From positions 36,475 to 100,474 of the forward strand of contig JAAYEJ010000045.1 of NCBI GenBank assembly GCA_012728835.1: DNA of 64,000 nucleotides. Direction: 5' to 3'. The notes below the pieces were generated by a model, which saw nothing but the letters and a program-made list of their open reading frames with translations, did no database searches and was not told the origin of the DNA. Of the stretch, positions 19,223 to 27,129 are shown in pieces. How positions within the stretch are numbered: position 1 is the first letter of the stretch; the number at the start of each line of letters is the position of its first letter. The DNA comes from Candidatus Brocadiaceae bacterium. Lineage in GTDB: Bacteria > Planctomycetota > Brocadiia > SM23-32. The translations under genes were made by a program, and so were the position numbers.

Positions 19223-21088
19223 TCAGCCGGCCCCGAGTTCCTTCTCCATCTCCTGCCAGAGTGCCCGCACGGCCGTCGCGGCCGGCCCGCGGCCGTGTTC
19301 CACGAGGTTGCGGCCGGCGCAGAGGGCTTCGTTGACATTGGGATCGAAGGGGATCCGGCCGATGACGCGGGCGCCGTATTGGGAAGCCATCGCGCGGATG
19401 CGCTCGGCCTGCTCCGTGTTGAGGTCGCACTTGTTGATGCAGATCACGCTCTGCACGCCGAAGTGCCGGCAGAGCTGCAGGGCACGTTCCATGTCGTGCA
19501 CGCCGGAGACGGTCGGCTCGGTGACGATCAGGGCCAGGTCGGCGCCCGAGACGGAGGCGATGACGGGGCAGCCGGTCCCCGGCGAGCCGTCGTTGATGAT
19601 CCTGGACTGCCCGCCGTCGGCGGCCAGGTCCGATGCGCGCTCGCGCACGTGCGTCACCAGCTTGCCGGAGTTCTCCTCGGCGATGCCCAGCCGCGCGTGC
19701 GACATCATGCCGTGGCACGTCTCGGAGACGTAGCTCTGCCCCGTGCAGTTGTCGGTGACGTCGATGGCCCCGATCGGGCAGACGTGTCCGCAGAAGCCAC
19801 AACCCTCACAGGCGAGGTCGTTCACGGCGTAGGCGGTGGGCGTTCCGTCGGCGGCATACACGGGATCGATGGCGTCGAAGTGGCAGTGCGCAGCGCACAC
19901 GCCGCAGGCGACGCACTGCGCGGAACGGATCGTCGCCTTCTTTCCACCGTAGAAGTCCTGCGCTTCCAGAACGCGCGGCCTGAGCAGCAGATGCAGGTCG
20001 GCGGCGTCCACGTCGCAGTCGGCCATGACCTTGTCATCGCTCAGTGCGGCCAACGCGGCCGTCACCGTCGTCTTGCCCGTGCCGCCCTTGCCGCTGATGA
20101 CGGTGCACTCCCGGTATGTCCTGCCGCTGCCCGAGCGCGGCGGGGCCGTCTCGGCCGGCGCTGTCTGCGTGTTCCATACCTCCGCCGGAGCGGCCGGCGG
20201 TTCCTGTGTCGACAGCTCGACCATGCGCCGGTAGACGGACAGCAGTTCGTCCGCCACCTCCGGGAAGGCGTCGATCAGCAGGTCGCCGCGCGAGTAGGTC
20301 TCCGCGTACTTCCGGCTGAACGGGATGCGGCCGATGATGGGCACGCCGACGCGGTCAGCGTATTCCCGGATGATGGTGTCCCGTCCGTCGGATCGGTTCA
20401 CCACGATGCCCGTGGGACGGCGCAACTCGAGCGCCAGGCCGACCGCCAGGCCCAGGTCGTTGAGCCCGAAGGGCGTCGGTTCGGTAACGAGGATCACCGC
20501 GTCGGCATCCCGCACGGCCTCCACCACCGGGCAGGCGGTGCCCGGGGCGGCATCGATCAGCGTCAGGCCCTCGTCGGCCGCGTGCTGCTTGACGCCGCGC
20601 ACGACCGCGGGCGCCAGGGGCTCGGCCACGTTCAGCAGGCCGTGGGCGAAGTAGAACTCGCCGGAGCCGGGGTCCGCCTCCACCGTGCCGATGACCACCT
20701 CGTGCTCGCTCAATGCGCCTTCGGGGCAGATGTAGCTGCAGAGCCCGCACGCGTGGCAGAGTTCGGAGAAGATGAGCACGTTGGGTGTCGGGGGACCGTC
20801 CTCGGACGGCTTGTTGACAACCGCGATGGCGTTGTAGTTGCACGCCTCCTGGCACTTCCTGCAGCCGGTGCACCGCTCAGGGTCCCATTGCGGGCGTCGC
20901 ACCGCGACGTCTTGCCTTTCGGAGAAGTGCGGGTGAACGAACAGGTGATCGTTCGGCTCCTCGACGTCGCAGTCAAGGAGGCGGACCGGCTGCCGGATGC
21001 TGTCGCCGCGCGTCAGGGCGGCGGCCATGTTGACCGCGACCGTCGTCTTGCCCGTGCCGCCCTTGCCGCTGGCGATGGTAATGACCAT
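19223..21088 (-). CDS. Tandem-fused MinD-superfamily P-loop ATPase with inserted ferredoxin domains (COG1149-type x2)
   Basis: Two SGKGGTGKTT motifs, two DCDV, four CxxCxxCxxxC motifs, two PGTxCPV/VTEPT. Confidence 0.9.
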   Translation of the reverse strand: MVITIASGKGGTGKTTVAVNMAAALTRGDSIRQPVRLLDCDVEEPNDHLFVHPHFSERQDVAVRRPQWDPERCTGCRKCQEACNYNAIAVVNKPSEDGPPTPNVLIFSELCHACGLCSYICPEGALSEHEVVIGTVEADPGSGEFYFAHGLLNVAEPLAPAVVRGVKQHAADEGLTLIDAAPGTACPVVEAVRDADAVILVTEPTPFGLNDLGLAVGLALELRRPTGIVVNRSDGRDTIIREYADRVGVPIIGRIPFSRKYAETYSRGDLLIDAFPEVADELLSVYRRMVELSTQEPPAAPAEVWNTQTAPAETAPPRSGSGRTYRECTVISGKGGTGKTTVTAALAALSDDKVMADCDVDAADLHLLLRPRVLEAQDFYGGKKATIRSAQCVACGVCAAHCHFDAIDPVYAADGTPTAYAVNDLACEGCGFCGHVCPIGAIDVTDNCTGQSYVSETCHGMMSHARLGIAEENSGKLVTHVRERASDLAADGGQSRIINDGSPGTGCPVIASVSGADLALIVTEPTVSGVHDMERALQLCRHFGVQSVICINKCDLNTEQAERIRAMASQYGARVIGRIPFDPNVNEALCAGRNLVEHGRGPAATAVRALWQEMEKELGAG

Positions 21089-21129
21089 GGTACTTCACTC
21101 CCATGAACTCGGATGGCATACGACTCCGG

Positions 21130-22023
21130 CTATGCGTTCGGCGCGGCCGAAGGGGACTCGCTCGCTTCGATGATCTGTTCGACCACGCGGAGGAACGCCT
21201 GCCCCGCCGCGGTCTCGGCGCCACCCCTGACGAACGGCACGCCGTCCTCGCACGCCTGCATCAGCGTGGGGTCGAGCGGGATGCGGCCCAGGAAGGGCAC
21301 GCCGGCCCTGCCGGCCATCGCCTCCCCGCCTCCGGCCCCGAACACATCGGTGCTCTTGCCGCAGTGCGGGCAGACGAATCCGCTCATGTTCTCCACCACG
21401 CCGAGAACGGGCAGGTGGAGCTGCCGGCAGAAGCCGATGCACTTGCGCACGTCGGCCAGGGCCAGCTCCTGAGGCGTCGTCACGACGACGCCGCCGGTGG
21501 CGCCCGGTATGAGCTGGCAGACCGACAGCGGTTCGTCGCCCGTGCCGGGCGGCAGGTCGACGATCAGGTAGTCCAGCTCCCCCCATTCCACGTCCGCAAG
21601 GAACTGACGCAGCACGTTCATCTTCAACGGGCCGCGCCAGATGACGGCGTCGTCCTTCTGGCGAAGCAGGAACGCGATGGACATGACCTGAAGGCCCGGG
21701 CCACAGGGCGCGGGCAGGATCTTCTGCCCGTCCGAGAGCAGGTGAGTCTCGTCCAGCCCCAGGATCTTCGGCACGCTGGGGCCATGGAAGTCGGAGTCCA
21801 GCAGGCCCACCTTCCGGCCCGTCATGGCCAGGGCGACGGCCAGGTTTGCCGCCACGGTGCTCTTGCCGACGCCGCCCTTTCCGGACATGACGGCCACGGT
21901 GTGCTTGATGCCGGCCACCTGCTGCCGGAGGCGGCGCTCCTGTTCCTGACGTTCCTGCATCTGGTCTGGCCGGGCATTCCCGGCCCCGGAGGGCTCCTCA
22001 ACGGACTGCTCTGGGTCAGGCAT
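21130..22023 (-). CDS. mrp: Mrp/NBP35 (ApbC) Fe-S carrier ATPase
   Basis: SGKGGVGKST, DFHGPS, IWRGP, DLPPGTGD, VTTPQ, ENMSGFVCPHC. Confidence 0.93.
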   Translation of the reverse strand: MPDPEQSVEEPSGAGNARPDQMQERQEQERRLRQQVAGIKHTVAVMSGKGGVGKSTVAANLAVALAMTGRKVGLLDSDFHGPSVPKILGLDETHLLSDGQKILPAPCGPGLQVMSIAFLLRQKDDAVIWRGPLKMNVLRQFLADVEWGELDYLIVDLPPGTGDEPLSVCQLIPGATGGVVVTTPQELALADVRKCIGFCRQLHLPVLGVVENMSGFVCPHCGKSTDVFGAGGGEAMAGRAGVPFLGRIPLDPTLMQACEDGVPFVRGGAETAAGQAFLRVVEQIIEASESPSAAPNA

Positions 22024-22088
22024 GGGTTGTGCGTCCTTCCATAGATGTGGTCTTTCGGCACGTCACGTGATCGGCGCGCGGGGAGGCG

Positions 22089-22448
22089 TCAGCGGAAGAA
22101 CCCGTCCCGCCACCAGAGGAAGTAGCCCCAACGCGAGTCAAGGTTGTATCCGTCCGCGTCCGTGCCGGCCGGTGCTTCGTCGTCCGCCTCAAGGAGCATC
22201 CTGCACGGTTCGCCGAACACAAGCAGACGGTAGGCGCCGTTGATGGCGGCAAAGCGGCGGGCCGCATCGGGGTCGCCCGCCTTGCGGTCCGGGTGGTTCT
22301 CCTTGCAGGCCCGTCGCCAGGCACGCTTCAGTTCCTCGGGCGGGGCGTCCTCCGGCACGTCCAGGATGCGGCGCGCGATCCTGCGCGCGCGCACCTCGCG
22401 TTCGAGCCGGTCCTGGAACTGGGAATCGTCCACCCTCAGACCCGCCAT
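22089..22448 (-). CDS. J-domain protein
   Basis: ILDVPEDAPPEELKRAWRRACKENHPD...FAAINGAYRLL; Trp-rich C-terminus WGYFLWWRDGFF. Confidence 0.8.
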   Translation of the reverse strand: MAGLRVDDSQFQDRLEREVRARRIARRILDVPEDAPPEELKRAWRRACKENHPDRKAGDPDAARRFAAINGAYRLLVFGEPCRMLLEADDEAPAGTDADGYNLDSRWGYFLWWRDGFFR

Positions 22449-22474
22449 CCTGTCGCTCAGGGCCGTGCGGCTTC

Positions 22475-22978
22475 CTATTCGAGCTCTGCGTCCTGCAGGT
22501 ATTGTCGAATGCACAGTTCGCACGCCTGCCGTTCGGAGCCTCCCCGGGCGAACCGGCGGAACTCCTCCAGCCAGCTGTCTCCCTCGTCGCGCCGGCGGCC
22601 GACAAAGGCGAGGAAGCAGACGAGCCGGTCCAGCGTCTCGCGATCGATCGCATGCTCCATCCTGCACGCCATGGAGTCGGATCGTTCGGCCTCCAGGCCG
22701 AGCACGCCCTCAAGGAAGTCCCTGATGACGCGGTGCCTCAGCAGGATGCGCCCCGCCCGTTCGCGCCCCTCAGGCGAAAGCGTGACCGGCTCATAGGGCT
22801 CGTAGTTGACGAGCCCCTTGTCGGAAAGGCTCTGGAGCGCCGTGGTTACGGCCGACTTCGCCACGTTGACCATGGCAGAGATGTCGCGCACGCGGGCAAA
22901 GCGCTTCTCCCGCTCAAGCCGGTAAATGGCCTCCAGATAGTCCTCCAACGCGGCACTCAGTTGCCCCGTCAACGCCAT
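22475..22978 (-). CDS. DtxR/MntR family metal-dependent regulator
   Basis: LEDYLEAIY, ARVRDIS, SAVTTALQSL, RHRVIRDFL, ACRMEH; GGAGG RBS. Confidence 0.93.
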   Translation of the reverse strand: MALTGQLSAALEDYLEAIYRLEREKRFARVRDISAMVNVAKSAVTTALQSLSDKGLVNYEPYEPVTLSPEGRERAGRILLRHRVIRDFLEGVLGLEAERSDSMACRMEHAIDRETLDRLVCFLAFVGRRRDEGDSWLEEFRRFARGGSERQACELCIRQYLQDAELE

Positions 22979-22997
22979 GGCCGTTCCTCCAACTCGT

Positions 22998-23015
22998 TGT
23001 TCTACTAACAGAACA
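22998..23015. promoter_or_regulatory. Palindromic operator candidate
   Basis: TGTTCT-ACTAAC-AGAACA inverted repeat directly downstream of the -10 of the DtxR operon promoter. Confidence 0.5.
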
Positions 23016-23042
23016 TTATACTCCCTGGCGAACATAATGCAA
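23015..23042 (-). promoter_or_regulatory. Sigma70-type promoter of the DtxR-led operon
   Basis: Minus strand TTGCAT-16 nt-TATAAT. Confidence 0.6.
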
Positions 23043-23173
23043 GCGAACGGGCTGGTGAACGCGGCAGGCGCCACTGTTGTACCAGAACGCACGTTGAACG
23101 GCGGTCACGGCCGCACTATACTCCGGCGGTCTGAAGGCGGAACGGCCGGCACGATCGCTACGAGGGCTGACGC

Positions 23174-23617
23174 ATGAAGATCGAACACATGGGCTTCATC
23201 GTGCAGGCGCCGATCGACATGGGCGCCTGGTATGCGGAACACCTGGGCTTCCGGATCGTCGTCCGCAACGGCGACAACGACCAGGGCTCGACGTGGCTGG
23301 CCGACGATGCCGGCGCCCTTCTGATCGAACTGGGTGCGACACCGACCACTCCGCCGGTGGATTTCGCGTCGCTGGCGCCGCTCCAGGTGCATCTGGCCGT
23401 TGCCAGCGAGGACGCGGAGGAGGACAGCCGGCGGCTGCAGGCAGCCGGCGCGGCCTTCGTCGAGCGCTGCGCCAGCGCTCCGGGCGACACGATCCTGCTG
23501 CTGCGCGACCCATGGGGCATGGCGATCCAGCTCGTCCAGCGCGGTCCCGACAGCCCCTTCCGCCGTAGCGCTTCCTCAGCGTGCTACTTTGAGTCAGGGC
23601 ACTGCCATGCCGATTGA
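23174..23617 (+). CDS. VOC/glyoxalase family protein
   Basis: MKIEHMGF..WYAEHLGF..IEL..HLAV..LRDPWGMAIQL. Confidence 0.88.
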   Translation: MKIEHMGFIVQAPIDMGAWYAEHLGFRIVVRNGDNDQGSTWLADDAGALLIELGATPTTPPVDFASLAPLQVHLAVASEDAEEDSRRLQAAGAAFVERCASAPGDTILLLRDPWGMAIQLVQRGPDSPFRRSASSACYFESGHCHAD

Positions 23618-24665
23618 GACGGACGCAATTCTGGAGGTTCTGGCCGAACTGGTGGCCGCGCGAGGCCCGTGCGGCCATGAGGACGAGGTGGACGCCGTCT
23701 GCCGGCGCCATCTGGAGCCCTTCTGCGACGAAGTGACCACCGACCCGGCCGGGAACGTCGTCGGCCTGATCCGCGGCCAGAGCCGCGAGCCCGGCGTCAA
23801 GGTGATGGCGCACAAGGACGAGCTGGGCGCCTACGTGAAGCGCATCGAGGACGACGGGCGGCTCAGTGTGCGGCCCCGCGGGTTCCTGTATCGGCGCTTC
23901 GGAGACGGGCCGGTGGACGTTCTGCCGGACAGCGGGGAGCCCATCCCGGGCGTGATCGGGCTCGGCCCGCGCCATGCGTCCGAGAACCCCGGCGAGCCCC
24001 GCGACGGCAAGGAGGTCTCGTGGGAGGCCGTCCGCGTGAACACGCGCCTGAGCCGCGACGAGCTGCGGGTGCGCGGCGTTCACGCGGGCTCCCGCGTCGT
24101 GGTCGGTCGCAGCCGCCGGCGGCTGTTCTTCTTCGAGGACTGCGTGGGCAGCTATTTCCTGGACGACCGCGCGGGCATCGCCCTGATGCTGGCGGCGGGC
24201 GCCGAGGTCCGCCGGGGCGGCCCGCCCCCGTGTGACGTGCACTTCATCTGCTCGTCGTTGGAGGAGATCGCGGGCGGCGCGGCCGCGTATGCGTCGCACT
24301 CCCTGCCCGGGGAGATCCTGCTCGCGCTCGACGTCGCCCCGGCCGCACCCGAGTATGACGTCCCACTCGACGCGATGCCCGTCATCCTCGTCAGCGACCA
24401 GCAGTCGGTCTACTCCCGTGCGGTCTGCCGGGCCCTGGCCGAGGCCGGCGAGGCGGCCGGGACAGGATCACGCTACGCGGCCGTCGAGCATTACGGCTCG
24501 GATGCGTCCTGTGTGCGGAAGACGGGCGGCGCGGCGCAGATCGGCTGCCTGGGCCTGCCGACGGACAACACGCACGGGTTCGAGGTGTGTGTGCGGGAGG
24601 GCCTGACGAACTGCGCGAAGCTGCTGGCGGCCTACCTGCAAACGGGCGGTAGCGGTTCCGCTTGA
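23607..24665 (+). CDS. M42 family metallopeptidase
   Basis: GPCGHE, MAHKDE, LDDRAG, EEI, LDV, GSDA, NTHGFE metal ligands. Confidence 0.9.
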   Translation: MPIETDAILEVLAELVAARGPCGHEDEVDAVCRRHLEPFCDEVTTDPAGNVVGLIRGQSREPGVKVMAHKDELGAYVKRIEDDGRLSVRPRGFLYRRFGDGPVDVLPDSGEPIPGVIGLGPRHASENPGEPRDGKEVSWEAVRVNTRLSRDELRVRGVHAGSRVVVGRSRRRLFFFEDCVGSYFLDDRAGIALMLAAGAEVRRGGPPPCDVHFICSSLEEIAGGAAAYASHSLPGEILLALDVAPAAPEYDVPLDAMPVILVSDQQSVYSRAVCRALAEAGEAAGTGSRYAAVEHYGSDASCVRKTGGAAQIGCLGLPTDNTHGFEVCVREGLTNCAKLLAAYLQTGGSGSA

Positions 24666-24675
24666 CGTACGCAAG

Positions 24676-24701
24676 AGGGGCCGGCAACGCCGCCGGCCCC
24701 T
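24676..24701. terminator. GC-rich hairpin between convergent genes
   Basis: AGGGGCCGGC-AACGCC-GCCGGCCCCT perfect 10-bp stem; no strong U tract. Confidence 0.6.
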
Positions 24702-24731
24702 GTCGCTTCACGCACACGCTTCAGCAGGAAA

Positions 24732-25721
24732 TCACTGCTGCGGAGGCATCGGGGCTCCCGGCGCCATCCCGCCCTGCATCATGCCCTGCTGCATCTGCTG
24801 CAGGGCCGCGACCATGGCGGTGAGTTCGGCCTCGCTCAACTGGGTGGCCAGCCGCACTGTGGCGCCCTCGCCGTAGATCCGCGCGTTGTCGATCAGCGGA
24901 CGGAAGGGCTGGAACATCATGGCCATGAAGTTCGACGGCTGCGCCATCTGGGCCTTGACGCCGTTCAGGCCCTCCGCGCCCTGAGCGGCGACCTGCACGG
25001 CGGTGGCGGCGTCGGCCAGCTCGAGCAGGCCGTTGATGGACAGCCCGGCGGGCATCGAGACGCCAAGGGCCACCCCCTTGGTGCCGGCCAGCCAGGCGGG
25101 CGCGTTGGGGTCGGCCTGGGCCTGGGCCTTGAGGTCGTCGGTCAGGACGAAGGCCCCCTGGATCGGCTCGCGGAGATACGGGGAGGCCAGTTGCCGGGCT
25201 GCCTTGAGATCGTCGCGAGCCTGGCCCCTGAACGCCACGATCCCCTTGGCCAGGCTGGCCTGGGTGGACCCGAACAGAAGCGTGGTGTCGTCGGCGACGA
25301 CCAGCATGGGCGACTCGCCGGGGCCGGCGGCATGGTCCAGGGCATAGGCCGCCATGCCCTCGACGGTGGTCGCCTGCCCCGTCAGGAACTGGGCGACATC
25401 CTCGCGGATCGTCTCGGTGCCCTTCACGAGGCCGCTCACTTCCGGCGGGCCTCCCTCGGCTCCCGGCAGCACGAACAGGACGAACTGGTCGAGCTTCTGC
25501 ACGTCCACCGGCACGGGCATGCCCTGCCTCAGGCTCTGAGCCAGCGGAGAGCCGAGCAGCCTGGGCATGTCGACGAGCAGGTAACCGACGGAACCCGCCG
25601 GCGCCTGGTCCAGCAACTGGAGCCGCGCCCGGGGCGGGGCGACCACGGCAGTCTGCGCGTGAACCGCGAAGGCCGACATCAGCAGGCAGACAACACAGAA
25701 CAGCAGCTTGGCATGCTTCAT
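24732..25721 (-). CDS. Hypothetical exported protein
   Basis: Sec signal MKHAKLLFCVVCLLMSAFAVHA; Gln/Met/Pro-rich tail. Confidence 0.75.
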   Translation of the reverse strand: MKHAKLLFCVVCLLMSAFAVHAQTAVVAPPRARLQLLDQAPAGSVGYLLVDMPRLLGSPLAQSLRQGMPVPVDVQKLDQFVLFVLPGAEGGPPEVSGLVKGTETIREDVAQFLTGQATTVEGMAAYALDHAAGPGESPMLVVADDTTLLFGSTQASLAKGIVAFRGQARDDLKAARQLASPYLREPIQGAFVLTDDLKAQAQADPNAPAWLAGTKGVALGVSMPAGLSINGLLELADAATAVQVAAQGAEGLNGVKAQMAQPSNFMAMMFQPFRPLIDNARIYGEGATVRLATQLSEAELTAMVAALQQMQQGMMQGGMAPGAPMPPQQ

Positions 25722-25917
25722 GGGGTTCAATCCTGCCTCTCTATGCACACTCGCTGGGAAATCCCCTGTCGTCCGGTCGGGCAGCCATGCATCGCCGCCC
25801 ACCGACACCGGAAGGCAATCCATCGGTCCTGCGCCGGCCCCTCCTCTGGCCATGATCGCAGAAATCGCGTTCGGCAGCCGTCCGACGCTCCAGGCCGGGC
25901 GCTCAAACCATGCCCGA

Positions 25918-25946
25918 ATAGTACGCGCGCCGGGCCGGTCTGTCAA
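25918..25946 (-). promoter_or_regulatory. Sigma70-type promoter
   Basis: Minus strand TTGACA-17 nt-TACTAT. Confidence 0.55.
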
Positions 25947-26045
25947 GGTGAAAACCGGGGGGGCCGCCCCGAGGCTCGTCTGCGGGCGGCACGGTCCGTG
26001 CCCCGCCCCGCGCCCGTCGGACACCCCGCGTGCAAAAAATGAGCC

Positions 26046-26073
26046 TTGACTTCCCCGGGCGTCGCGCTATCAT
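26046..26073 (+). promoter_or_regulatory. Sigma70-type promoter
   Basis: TTGACT-16 nt-TATCAT. Confidence 0.5.
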
Positions 26074-26138
26074 CGGTTATTGGCGGTGGGGGCACCAGGG
26101 GGAGATGTTTGGTCGCCGTTTGGGAATGGGAGGCGTTC

Positions 26139-26549
26139 ATGACGGCAAACGACTTGGTCGGGCAGGTGATGGCGCAGTTGGGTGTCGGCGAGGACCAGGC
26201 GAAGGGGGGAGCCGGCCTTCTTCTGAAACTGGCCAGAGAGAAGCTGGGCGGCGACTTCGCCGAGGTCACCAAGGTCGTGCCCGACGTGCAGGGTCTGATC
26301 GATTCGGCCCCCGAGACCGGCGGTATGGGCAAGCTCGTGGGCCGGTTGGCCGGCACGCTGGGCGGTGCAAAGGCGGGCGGCCTGGGCGGCCTCGCCGATC
26401 TGGCCGGGGGCTTCAGCAAGCTCAAGCTGGACCCCGGCATGATCGAGAAGTACGCGGGCGTCATACTCAGCTTCGTCAAGAGCAAGGGCGGGCCCGCTGT
26501 GATGCAGATACTCTCCAAGGTGCTGAAGGGCGGCGGGGCCGCATCCTGA
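26139..26549 (+). CDS. DUF2780 family protein
   Basis: LGVGEDQAKGGAGLLLKLA...FSKLKLDPGMIEKY pattern; GGAGG RBS. Confidence 0.8.
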   Translation: MTANDLVGQVMAQLGVGEDQAKGGAGLLLKLAREKLGGDFAEVTKVVPDVQGLIDSAPETGGMGKLVGRLAGTLGGAKAGGLGGLADLAGGFSKLKLDPGMIEKYAGVILSFVKSKGGPAVMQILSKVLKGGGAAS

Positions 26550-26600
26550 GTCCGGAGAGCGTGAACGCAGCAGCACAGGAACTCGAACGGAGGGAGTACG

Positions 26601-27005
26601 ATGGCGAAGCTGGTCGATATCGAGGGCATCGGTCCGGCCTATGAGGCCAAGCTCAAGGAGGCCGGCGTCACGACGGTCGAGGACCTCCTCAAGAAGGGCG
26701 CAACGCCCAAGGGTCGCACGGACCTGGCCGCGGCCACCGCAATCAGCGGCAAGAACATCCTCCGCTGGGTGAACCACGCGGACCTCTTCCGCATCCACGG
26801 CGTCGCCGGCGAATACGCGGAACTGCTGGAAGCGGCGGGCGTGGACACGGTGGCCGAACTCGCGCGGCGCCGTCCCGACAACCTCCTGGCCGCCATGACG
26901 AAGACGAACGAAGAGAAGAAGCTCGTCCGTGTGGTGCCGTCGGCAGCCATGGTCACCAAGTGGGTCGAGGAAGCCAAGTCGCTGCCGCGCGCCGTGGAAT
27001 ACTGA
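26601..27005 (+). CDS. DUF4332 (HhH-like) protein
   Basis: DIEGIGPAY..LKEAGV..WVNHADLFRIHGV..YAELLEAAGVDTVAELARR. Confidence 0.88.
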   Translation: MAKLVDIEGIGPAYEAKLKEAGVTTVEDLLKKGATPKGRTDLAAATAISGKNILRWVNHADLFRIHGVAGEYAELLEAAGVDTVAELARRRPDNLLAAMTKTNEEKKLVRVVPSAAMVTKWVEEAKSLPRAVEY

Positions 27006-27129
27006 CGGCCGTCGCGCCCTGACGTGAGCCGATGCGGAGATGGAGCGCAACGGAAGCCCGGGTGGCGTCCCGAGCCCGTTGCGCTCCTCTCGTCTTCAGC
27101 GCTTCCCGGCATGCGCGCCCGCAGACGGC

